In this document: in pieces, positions 23,313 to 34,651 of the stretch
Position numbering within the stretch: position 1 is the stretch's first letter
How the letters are laid out: the number at the start of each line of letters is the position of its first letter
Source: Blasia pusilla
Taxonomy: Eukaryota
Assembly (NCBI GenBank): GCA_050084515.1
Contig: CM114271.1
Coordinates: forward strand, 3,844,001-3,908,000
Length of the DNA stretch: 64,000 bases
Direction of reading: 5' to 3'
Position numbers and translations under genes: made by a program
The notes under the pieces: model-generated
Seen by the model: only the letters and a program-made list of their open reading frames with translations
What the model was told of the DNA's origin: nothing
Databases searched by the model: none

Positions 23313-23672
23313 AAGGTTGCACATGAACAAAGTCCATGTCCCTGCGGACTCGGGTATCCGCGGCCCACACCCGAGCCCGCATCCAAGCCCTCCGCGTAGG
23401 CCCGTGCTAACGGAGCCCGCACCCGTTTCGTGGCCCACAACTAGGTCCGCAAGGCAGGCTTGGCCTCCCTTTGGGCTTTGTGCAGGCCCCCAACCCGATA
23501 TGCGGGCCATACGCGGGCTTGAACCCGACTAATAGGGGCCAACCCCGCCTTGCGGGCCTGGTCGCAGGCCATGCAACAGTGTAGGCTTTGTTAGCTGGAG
23601 TCTACGTGGTGGGTTCTGAGCGGGCTAGGCATGACTGTCCCATAGACGGACTGGTCTGTTTCCATGCAACCA
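23313..23672. mobile_element. GC-rich MITE-like element with GGTTGCA termini
   Basis: Begins aggttgcacatgaaca and ends tgtttccatgcaacc, with internal gcccgc/gcgggc motifs. A related copy lies at about 36665-36815 and related ends near 22688 and 23772. Confidence 0.55.
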
Positions 23673-23902
23673 TGCTTTTGAAGCATGTTATCTTTTGTGT
23701 TAACTCATTCCTTACGGTTCTTGTTTTTCCTTGTATTAAGTAGGATCAAGAATGTCGATGCGATACATACAAGGTTGCGTATGGACAAAGTGTGTGTCCG
23801 TGGACTTACGTCCGTCCTATAGAAGGAATTTTTCATATGATCCTTAGGTCCCCCTTCTTTCTCATCCCCTTCAGTTGCCTTTGTGATTGCCACTTTCTCG
23901 TT

Positions 23903-25819
23903 TGTCATGACCATACGGATTATGTCGTAGAGTATGGTGTGCTGGTAGAGGCCATTCCTTATGTAGGACCGTAGTGGCTTGGTAGAGATGCGGTTCCATA
24001 CATAGGGTTGGGGGTTACTCACTTGGGGGTGACTTTCCTAGTAGGGCCCGCTCTTAGGTTGGAGGATATAAGGTGGCTTGCCCTCAAAGAACAGTTAGTT
24101 CTTTGAGTTGAGCCTGTTGCGTTGGGAGTTAGCCTTGGTAGTGAGTAGAGCTCTTGGCTATGGTGTTTCCGCAAGACCCGACCTAGATTCTCCCCATCGT
24201 GGAGTGGGTTTGGCTCGATTGTATGTGATTAAGCGTGTTTTATGACATGGAGGTCTTTCACGGATTTCACTCAAAGAACTCGAGTAGATCGATGGTAGCT
24301 TCGATTGTAGATCAGTATGATGTGGTTAGGGCTGATTGTGTACTCAGCCGTGGATTTTCGTGGCTTGTGGCCTATGTTGGAGGTGTGAATCTGGTGCGCG
24401 GTTGGTAGGGAAAGAAGCGCCTTGCTGAGAGCTTTCCAACGCGCTTTAGATCGCGGATTTTGTCAAGGGAGTTGGAAGTTATCAAGGATTGAAGATTCTG
24501 GTTCGTGTTCGACGGTTTTCGATGTGCTTGGAGAGCTTGGAGTCGGAAGCGTGTGTTGAAGTTCATCCAGATCAGGTGAGAGGTTCCTGTTGCTACTCAT
24601 ATTGTGATCTCCTGTGAATCTATCTGCTCGAGTGTGTGGAGCGTTGCGGATTTCTGCGTGCATGAAACTTGGTGGAAGCGCTGTCGGATTTGCGATTCTG
24701 GAGGTGTATGGACAGCAAGTTTGTTTGATTTTTAGCTCGGAGTACAGAGCTGGGTTGTAGCTGATTTTTTGTGGAGAGATAGCTATGGTGGTCAATTGAA
24801 TTCTGATTGAAACAGATTTGATTTCGGTCACGTATTTGTGAAGTAATTTTTGATCGAAATTTTTCAGACTAGCTCAAGGTCTGTGGCTATGGTGGACAGC
24901 GGATCAGAGGGGCTTGTGTGGATCTACTGGTAACGCAGCCCGTATGTTGGTGTGTGATCGGTATTCTAGGGGTTGGCACATGATGTGTTTGACTCCACGT
25001 TTGGATGTTGTTCCTATTGGAAGGTGGGTTTGTCCTCGATGTACTTAGGAGAGGTAGATGACTTGATCTTTGCATGATATGGATTACGGATGTGCGACTA
25101 ACGATGGGGCAACCTAGCACCCGGCCTAAGTTCTTCCGATTCGGGCACCCAAGAAGGTGTATAGCATGTAGTAGATGTATAGGGCTACAGGAGTTAGAGG
25201 GACCTAACCGCTTGATTAGAAGGGGCGAGTTGTGGTACACTTGCGTTTGTGGATACTCTCGTCTATGTTATGTATGTATGGACAATGCGTATGGTATGTC
25301 GATGTATGTTGTATGCGATGTGAATTCGACGACATTTGTCATGACCATACGGATTATGTCGTAGAGTATGGTGTGTGGTAGTAGAGGCCATTCCTTATGT
25401 AGGACCGTAGTGGCTTGGTAGAGATGCGGTTCCATACATAGGGTTGGGGTTACTCACTTGGGGGTGACTTTCCTAGTAGGGCCCGCTCTTAGGTTGGAGG
25501 ATATAAGGTGGCTTGCCCTCAAAAACGATTAGTTGAGAACACATATCTTTGAGTTGAGCTGTTGCGTTGGGAGTTAGCCTTGGTAGTGAGTAGAGCTCTT
25601 GGCTATGGTGTTTCCCAAGCTTCGACCTAGATTCTCCCATCGTGGAGTGGGTTTGGCTCGATTGTATGTGATTTAAACGTGTTTTATGACAAAGAGGTCT
25701 TTCACTGATTTCAGTTGTGGTACACTTGCGTTTGTGGATACTCTCGTCTATGTTATGTATGTATGTGCGTATGGTATGTCAGCGATGTATGTTGTATGAT
25801 GATGTGGATTCGCACGACA
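23903..25819 (+). mobile_element. Non-autonomous deletion derivative of a second subfamily of the PHD-Gypsy lineage, with split direct repeats
   Basis: X1 23903-24269, Y1 25229-25334, spacer TT, X2 25337-25713, Y2 25714-25819. TGTCA...CGACA termini and flanks CGTT/CATT (4-bp TSD with one transition). Retains PHD-coding sequence. Confidence 0.9.
24914..25048 (+). pseudogene. PHD finger remnant (end of pol)
   Basis: Translates LCGSTGNAARMLVCDRYSRGWHMMCLTPRLDVVPIGRWVCPRCT*, clearly homologous to the C-terminus of element 1. Confidence 0.9.
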
Positions 25820-26037
25820 CATTTCTTCCTCCCTCTTATTTTCAACCGGCCTTCCTTTCATAATTACTAGCAAGTTGCTTGTGCTATCCATAAGAGTACA
25901 CATTATTCCTTGACTTAGCTCTCTTCCATTCTAATTTAACTCCTTAAAATGACATGTGTTATCATGAAAGAAGTCCTTAAAGGATAAATGTGGACCTCAA
26001 AAGGAGGGATTCTACATACCCATCCTCTCTTAATGGT

Positions 26038-26066
26038 ACTAGTTAGCATGCCCATGCTTGCGCACG
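26038..26066 (-). mobile_element. Helitron-like 3' terminus (hairpin plus CTAG|T)
   Basis: Minus strand CGTGCGCAAGCATGGGCATGCTAACTAG|T, next to AT-rich non-coding DNA. Confidence 0.55.
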
Positions 26067-28691
26067 AAAATAAAATTCTTAAAATAATCATATATTTTAT
26101 TTCAAAATTTAAACATAATCTCTATTTTCTTAAATCTGAAAGGAATAATAAAATTTCACTCTTTCTAAGGAACTCTATTCTTTAATTAAAATTTAAATAA
26201 CTCGCCACTCTCCTAAATAATTTCATCCTTCTAAATAAAAGTAAAAAAATACCTTCTACTCTCCTTCCTCTCCACCCATCAAAATAACACACATTATTTA
26301 AATTCTTATTTAATTTTAATTAATAGAATCATTTCTCTTCCCCATTCATTTTCCCTTCCCAAAATATTAAATATGAATTAAGGGAAAAAATTAGGCCTAT
26401 TTTATCTTATTATTTTACTATTGTGTCATATTGTGCATATAGGCTCGCCTATGATAAGATAGATAGATATACATAGATGCTTCACTTCTTTGAGAATAGA
26501 AGTAGTAAGAAAAGATATCCCTTTCCTCCCATTATAATATAGATACATGTTTATTGGAAGCATGCCCCACTCTTCATAGTATCTACTACACCCCTTCCTC
26601 CAAAACTCCAAACTTATAGGGTTAACCTCTAAATTGATTCTAAATTACAATGTAGACTAGAATAATGCCCTTGAAGATTTCTTGGCACCTACTACCGACA
26701 TTTCGAGTGTGGTGAGGGGAAAGGAATTTTAGGCCTTCCTTCAATCTTTCGCCCTCCTAATTTAGTCATTCTCTTAAATAGGACATGTGTTAACACTTGA
26801 GGAGGTTTTTCTAACCGCGTCCATATAATTAAAAGAGGATGGGGTTAGAGAAACCTCCTCTTTTGGTGTTGGCACTTGCCCTTTCAACCCTCATGTGGTG
26901 TTGGCATGTGTCATATTTATGAGAATAGTTAAATTAGCACGCCAAGGATTTATTGGATGTCGTTCCTCTCACCACACTAGAACGGTCGCAGAAGAAGTCT
27001 TCCTATACACGGACATTATGCTAGTCCTCTTTTAATCATATTTATATTATTATTGAGGATAAATGTACATCTCTATATAACTATTCATTCATTAATCCCT
27101 TTCCTTCACAAGTTATACACTAACAAATAAATGTACACACAAATTCAAATATTTCTTTATCGCACCTTGTATAAGGAGACATATTTTCTTGCTCCCTAGT
27201 TGGCACATGTCAAATAGAGAAGTGATGTGTTTGCAAATCAAGATGGCACTCTCCCATAATAAAGTAGACGTTGCCCGTGCCATGCATGCCTAGCACAGTT
27301 TCCTCAATAGAATGGCTTATAAACAGATGTCGATGATAGTTTTAAAAAAATTATATTTAAATTTCAAAATTTAGGTGTAATTTCCACCCTTATAAATCTT
27401 AAAAGAGTAAGAAAATCACTTTTAGATAATATCCATCTCCCTACATAATTACATTCCTCCCTAAAAGTTCCAACAAAAAATATTCTTCCCCTTCCACTCT
27501 TCCTACCAAAATCACATTCATTAAAAAAATCTTAACTAATTTTCCTTTTCCATCCAAATTTATTTTCCTTTCCCAAAATGTCACATGTGAGTTAATAAGA
27601 TTAATTTAAAAATAATCAAATCATTAATTTAAAATTTAAATCTAATAATTATTTTATAAAATCTTAGAAGAATTAAAAAATTTCACTCTTTTAAGTAATT
27701 ACAGTACTCCATTCAAATGATATCCCAATCCTCTAAATAATTTTAACCTTCCATAAAATTTGATCTATTCCTTATCCATTAAAATTTGTGTGAATTAAAA
27801 CACAAATTCTAAATTTTTTTAATTTATTAAGATTTATAATCCTCAATTATAATATTAAATAAAATATTTTTCTATTTTACTCAAATCCAACGAACATTAT
27901 CCCCGTTATTTATACATACCACCCATATTTTCTTGGCTATTTATACGTGTATCTATATTACTATGGCCGACACTTTTGCACAAAATGATTAAATAATTTT
28001 CTAATAAAACAAAATAGTAACATGGTATTATTTTATCTTTCAAGGTTGCATGTTCGCCTGGGGCCCTTGAGGAAGTGAAATTTTTTTATGGGGGGGAAGT
28101 GATATTACTGGAGGAAACAATGAGGTTTTATTTCAGTATCAGAGGTTATGGAATAGTGGAGAATTAAGGAACTGAGGGTGGGGTGTTTAAAAAGAATCTC
28201 CACTCATCTCTAAAAATCAATAATGGTGATCTTAGCATGATTCTTTTTCTAAAAATATTTTAAAAAAATTGCTCTTTTTCATGGGTAGCATGGTCTTGCT
28301 ACCTAGATTCCTCTTGGTCATCAAGCGGTAGATGACCAAGAGGTTAACTAAACAAACATAAGGTCATGTTGAAGAGGTCTTGGTTTCAACTCTCCCCTTG
28401 GACAGTGGGGTGCAATCTCAACCCAAGGGCAATGGCGTCCCCTAGCTAGGGCATGGATGGTCTATGTTCGAGAGAGAGAACGCCTTGTGTGCCTTTCATG
28501 TGTGTGCCTTGACTATGCTCCCCGGTTAAAAATCTGGATAAAGTTCCAGGCCTTCACAAAAGAAAAACAAAAAACAAAAATCGGATGCGATGTCAATTTC
28601 ACATATGTGGAAGGGGTCCCGTAAGCCAGATTCAGCTTCCCGTGGACTAAAAATCTACTCCATCTCTTCTAGTTTTTTCCAATTCTAAAGA

Positions 28692-28718
28692 ACTAGTAAG
28701 GTGCCCGTGCTATGCACG
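28692..28718 (-). mobile_element. Helitron 3' terminus (hairpin plus CTAG|T)
   Basis: Minus strand CGTGCATAGCACGGGCACCTTACTAG|T: a CGTGC/GCACG hairpin 9 nt before CTAG, the classic plant Helitron end. Confidence 0.7.
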
Positions 28719-28880
28719 AAAAATTAAAAAGTGTTTGACTAGTGTATAATCCGTGAAGGGAAACGATTAATGTCATTGCACACAAATTCAAATTTTTTTT
28801 CATGCACTCTGTAATATGTGAAACATTTTCTTGCTTCCCAATTGCAAACATACGAATCTTCACAAATCAAGAAAGCGCTC

Positions 28881-29498
28881 TCACATAATAGTATAGATGA
28901 GGCAAACTTCGGACCTTTCTTCGGAAGTTTCATGCAGTAACAAAATTCTGCGACTATATCCAATCACATTGCGTATGGTGAGATAGAGCTTCTCACCATA
29001 CGAAGAAGTCCATAAGCAAGTTTTCATATTGGGGTGGTCTTGTAAGCACTGCACTAGTACCTCCACCGGTACTCTCTGCCGTCTCTCTGGTTCAAGTAAA
29101 GTGACAAAATTCTTGCGAAAAGCAATCTGGAGCATGTCTCGCGTTCTCGGAAGTCTCATGGCCCAAACTTCGGCTGACATAAGTAGAATCTGCATCCATG
29201 GAGATCCCCACCAGATTCCCATTTCCGTGTCATGAGGAGGCCAGTCAAATAAACCATGTACGGGAGACGGGAAAGAAACCCCTTTCTGCGGTCTAAACGG
29301 AAAGAGTTGACGAGCAGGAAATTGACGACTCCAATGCCCTCCACCACTAAACTTCAATCGGCTCTTTTCGCAGAACTGTCGAATCAGACTCTGAGCTCTC
29401 GAAATCGTACCAACTGATTTGGTACGATTTCGAGACGTATGTAGCAAACGGCCGTCGATGGAGTCTTTGAGACGAACTTCGGATCCAGAGGGTGCCAT
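28881..29498 (-). other. 205-aa ORF of unknown function (possible gene fragment)
   Basis: ATG-initiated ORF in mid-GC sequence next to the Helitron end. No motif recognised. Confidence 0.25.
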
Positions 29499-30686
29499 AA
29501 GATGTCAGCCTGATTTGATTTGATTTGCCAGACGATTTGGAGAGTCGGAACCGATGGGATGGGCCAAGAGTAGACTGAAGAAGCTTCTTGAGTTTGGAAA
29601 GGTGATTGGTAGTGTAGTGGAGTTGGATGAAGAAACTTGACCGACACGATGGAGCTTAGTTTGGAGAACTTGCATCAGAAAACATTACATGTCATGTGTA
29701 GAGGACCCTAGAAAGACAGAGACCGACTATGCGTAGAAAGTACGGATCCGAACTTGTTAGGTTGTGTAGACGCTGGACTGCAATTGAGAATTGAGATCAG
29801 AGGATCAGTGAGAATACATACGATGTCCATAAACTCCATCTCTAGACGCAAAGAGAGGTCTTTGGCCGTAACGCAGAAGATCGGTGGGCCAAATTCCCGG
29901 TTAAGACGACTTCTTGTGCGCAAACTTCATGATAATTTGACAGCTAACTCGCCGAGTCATATTGATTTGAGTGACAGTACATTGCTCAGACGTGTTCAGG
30001 GAGGAGCTTGCCATTCTCCTAAAACTACAAGAATCAGGGAGACTGATTCGCACTGTCGCAGGGTAATCTAGGAGTGAAATGTGCGAGCACTTCCACCGAC
30101 TTCGAAGAGATCCTGTGTTCCACGGAGTTCATATTGGAATCAGTTCAGAAGTAGATAATGGTTTGCGATTCCATCGATCGGAGCAAGAGTTCTTATCAGC
30201 TGATTTGCACCAGCTTTCTCTCGGATCCATACCTCCTAGGCTGGTGGTAAACCGATGTCTCTGCCACCTTTGGAAAGAGGTCACGAATTTTTTTGCCAGC
30301 TCCAGCAATTCAAGCGACTCCTCGAAGTGGACCCAGATGCCAGGCAATTTACACCCAACTCCGGCAGTAAAGGAGATTGAACAGATGGAGGTGAGAACAG
30401 GTCCACAAATTGGCGGACCTTCTCCTCCCTCATGCTGCAGTAGGCGTTCCTTGTAGATTCGCACATTACTCTGCCATGACGTGAGGTGTAGCAAGAGGAG
30501 GTGACGTGAAATGGATCCCACGTTCACGGTGCCCACTCGTGACCTTCACCATCGCCCGAGATTAGGAGACACCACTCTGTTCTGCCAATGCGCGAATCAG
30601 GATTCTCCCACTGTGATGGTAGGGTTCTGAGACTCCAAACTCCGACTTCTCAAAAGATACTTACACAGAGCGCGGGGTCCGGAGGT

Positions 30687-31894
30687 TTATGCCAGGGCTG
30701 TCAAGGAAGGCTCCAATACCCAGCAGAGCAGCACGTAGCCGAACTCCAAATTTGCAGTGCAGGTGCTTGTGTTGGTGGAAAAATCGCGGACGATGAACTC
30801 CAAACGAGTTCGGCATTTCCCTTGAGTTTGGAACTCCCGGATGAAGCAAATAAGTTCTCCGGCTCCGACACAAGATGAATTTTGCACATCGTCCCCATTA
30901 TGTCTTACCAGCTTGACGGTGAGAGGCTTAGGCATCTTCTTTTGTTCAAGGCGGATTTTCTGGCCCGATTCGTGTAACGTACAAGCCCTTCCTTCTTCTG
31001 TCATCAGCACTAGCTGACTGCGGTGCTCTAAGATCCGGACGTCCCAGCCATAACTCGCCAAGAGCAGTGTCGCCCAAGAATCCTTCTCGACGTCATACTT
31101 GAACAATCGAGGACAGCACCGGTCATCATCATCTGCAACCCAATAAAGTGCCCCTTTCCAAGGAATTCCGGGCTTCCGAGAGAAGCAACTGCTGGGAAGT
31201 CTGGGAGAATTGGCGCCTCTGCTCCAAGAACGTTCTCGAGAGTCATACACAAGTGTGGTGCGCTGAGAAGGGTCGTACGTCTCGGCAATGATCAGCTTGT
31301 AGTTCCCGGTGTCCTTGCAAACCATCAGACCAACTAGCAAATGCTCCATGGGACGATGATAATCCGCAGGACGATTGCAATCATTCGGTGGCAAGGCCAG
31401 ATATGGCTCGTCGCTGTCAGGCATGGCAGATGCAGCACTCTCCAGCGCTTCGTCACCGGATTACACACAACAAATTGCGAACATGTATAAGTCGATAGAC
31501 AGAGCAGTCCTCCACCTGACGCGGCCATCTCCCAGGATCCCATAGAGGGGTCCAACCTCAGAAAAGACAGAGACAGCTGCGACCAAGTGTTCCTCCGCGC
31601 GTCGTACGCCGTGAAATACCGATCGTCCGCAGTACCAGCGGCTGGCGTGAAAAAGGTGAAGTGGAACGGAACGCACTTAGCCGGGCAATCTTCCGCAGGT
31701 GTGAAATTTGGCGACAAGATCAGCTCATTCCATCTCTTGCATACAGTGCGACACTTCACTACACTGGAGAGTGGTAGCTTCGTTAACACCCGTTCCATCA
31801 GATCCTCGGGCAACGACGACCACAAATCCGAATTCAGCACCCGTCTGCTGCCCTCCACCACGCCCCCTCGCCCCCTCGGTCTCAGAAAATACAT
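30687..31894 (-). pseudogene. Plant F-box (kelch/FBA-like) protein gene with one frameshift near 31425
   Basis: F-box LWSSLPEDLMERVLTKLP...CRTVCKRWNELI, then ASGGGLLCL and VVCNPVTKRWRVL. It continues in another frame with YKLIIA, TLVYDSRERSWS, GALYW and YDVEKDSW. ATG at 31894. Confidence 0.85.
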
Positions 31895-33346
31895 AGTGCA
31901 GACAATGAGCGAGATCGAGACAGCGAAGGAGAAAGAGCAAAGAACACGCCACCGTCGAGATCCGGAGAAAGTGAGCAGGACGTCGAGATGCGTAGTAGTA
32001 GTAGTATCCGATGCAAATCCCCCGACGACCACCAGGTAAATTCCTTCGCGTTGATATTGCAGCAATTGGTTCAAATTTCTCCTCACGATTCTAAACCCCT
32101 AGATGAACAAGACCAGATGTGCAGATGAAGGAAGTTAAAACCCGAAACAAAATCTCCCGACGACCACCAGGTAGATTCCTTCGCGGCGAGATCGCAGCAA
32201 TTGACTCAATACTGTCCTCGCGATCGTAGACCCCTAGATAAGTACGAGATACGCGGTTGAAGATGGTGACGACTCTCTCCTACGCCCGCTTACGACACTT
32301 AGCCCCGTTCGCGCAGAAGTAAGCAGAAACGTCCTCTGCCTATCGGTAAGATGATACCTGAAACAGACGCCGCCTGAGTGCGATTACATACTTCTCATTG
32401 GGGCTTCCGAAGCGCGTCAAATTTGACCTTCGAGCTTACATTGACGTTGGCATTTATCTTGCGGGGCATTCCATGGATGCCGCTGTAGAGGTAGGGTTTA
32501 CAAACAAACCTGTCGAAGTTTAGGGTAAACACACGACAACAAGGCTAGGGTCGCCGTTTAGTTTAGGGTTAATGCCCCACGAATAGCACGACATTCGGGA
32601 AGAGTGCTTCCAACTCATTAGGGTTCGACAAATCCATGGACGGTAGGGTTTTCGTTGCTCTCCATGTTAGGGCTCGCGGTGTGGACGAGCCTTTGCACTC
32701 GGAAGATCGCAACTCTAGACTTAGGGTTTAACAGGTATGGGTTCGATCGGAACAAACGGTTCATAGTGGGACATTTGCGGTTCGGAAATCTTCAGAGCTC
32801 TGAGGTTCATCATGATCGCTGTCTGTAAACGAAGACAGCCAGCGGTGCTGCTTCGAGTTAGGGTTGTACACGCTGACACACAACAACGACGTGAGTGCAG
32901 AATCCCACCTCTTCCATCATTTCTTCGATGATTGTCGGTCGAAATGACCATAAGAGCATAGGATGTTGAAACAGGATCCACGCAGACATGGCTGCGAAAG
33001 AAATGTCTCGCCTATTCCGCCTAGGGTTTTAGAACCTGCACCATACGTGGAACGCAAGTACGACCCTTGCGGTTGCGATAGCTCTTAGGTGAGCTTCTGC
33101 CTCAGTACGAGTCCGGCAGAGTGTGCAGGAACTCTCTGCTCACTCTCTAGCAGAAAGCGAACTCCTGTACCACGATCCAACAGTTCTAGATGGAGATGAT
33201 GTTGTGCCCTTCCAACCCTCGAGCATCTCTCACGTGAAAAGCATGAATCGTGTCTCCTGTCACGAAGCTCACGAGAACTAAATGAACCGGCTAACTGCGG
33301 TTAATTCTCGGGGCTGGCGATGATTCTGTTCTGGACGTGATTTAGA

Positions 33347-33575
33347 TTCATTCATTCATCCATTCATTCATCCATCCATTCATTCATCCATTCATCCTAC
33401 CGGCGGACGGCGAAAAGAGTTGGCGGACGCCGAGATCTTACATGCATCCCTCTTTCAGACGGACGGCGGAAAGGGATTGGGGGGTTCGTGGTGTGAACGT
33501 AAGTCTGTGCGGCGTGGCGAGGTCTTCCGTTCATTCGTCCGTCCATCCGTCCGTCCGTCCGTCCGTCGTCCGTCT
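33347..33575. repeat. (CATT/CATC)n and (CCGT)n microsatellites
   Basis: Direct reading at about 33347-33396 and 33530-33573. Confidence 0.85.
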
Positions 33576-34651
33576 TTTGGGGTGGACGGCGAACGAGATG
33601 TGTTACTACTGTACAGTAGTGGTGTGCAGCTGATGGACGGCGCTGTGAGGTTCCAACTACGGCGGCTCCAAGCACCGCCGTAGGGCTTCACGGCGATTGC
33701 CGTATGAGTCTAGGAGCCGTGGTGATAAACGGGACATGGGGGCAGTGTCGCTGTCCTAAATGGCACGGAGCTCTTGTACGGAGAAGATTCGAAGTGGTGA
33801 TGGTGGTGGGGGGTTGCACTTGAATCCGCTCTAGATCCACTTAGAAGCCGTTGTGATAGGATTACTCGAACTTAGGTCTGCAACTTGCGAGCGTAATGGA
33901 GTGCTATGTCTGATGTTGGTTGGGGCATACGAAGATGCTCCATTATGTATGGGTCTAATCGAGGATGGGGGATAGTGGAGATCCATGGCCTGGTTTTTGG
34001 GGTTTTATTAATTTAATGTCCCCATAGTATATTGAAATAATACTAACACGGGGTGCATGGTGAACGAAAATGGAGTGGATACAAACACTAACACGGCATG
34101 GAATACTAATATGAAAATTTTTAAGAGTGGATAAGTATTAACGCGGAGCAAAATGAGTCCAAATGTCTTTATTTTGGCTCACATCGGACGGTTGAGAAAT
34201 GAAGTCTTCAAATCGACTTAACGCCCAAGTGGCGGCAGAAGAGAATATGGCCTAGAAGTAGGCTATTTTTTTCTTCTCTATCTTCTAGGGATTCCCCTTT
34301 TTATTTGTGCCCAAGGGGTTGGGTGTAGTCTTTGTCGCGGGCATACACGAGTCACATTGTGAGTCACATTCGCACAACAAAAATTATCGATCTTTCCAAC
34401 ATATGGATAGATCATACACATAAATAATATACTCATACGCCAAGAAAAAATTGAAATAAGAAGGATTGATATAACCAACTCCACTCCCAAGTCTAGATAC
34501 ACATATCAAGTCACATCCATCCTCTGTTATGAGGGAATCCATATTGTAGCCCTTAAGCTCCTACCAAATCTTAAACACGTGAGTATTCCCAAGTCTCAAC
34601 ATGAGAATGTGAAAGTCATCTCCACTAACTTTAGTAAGAGTTAGGATAAGA

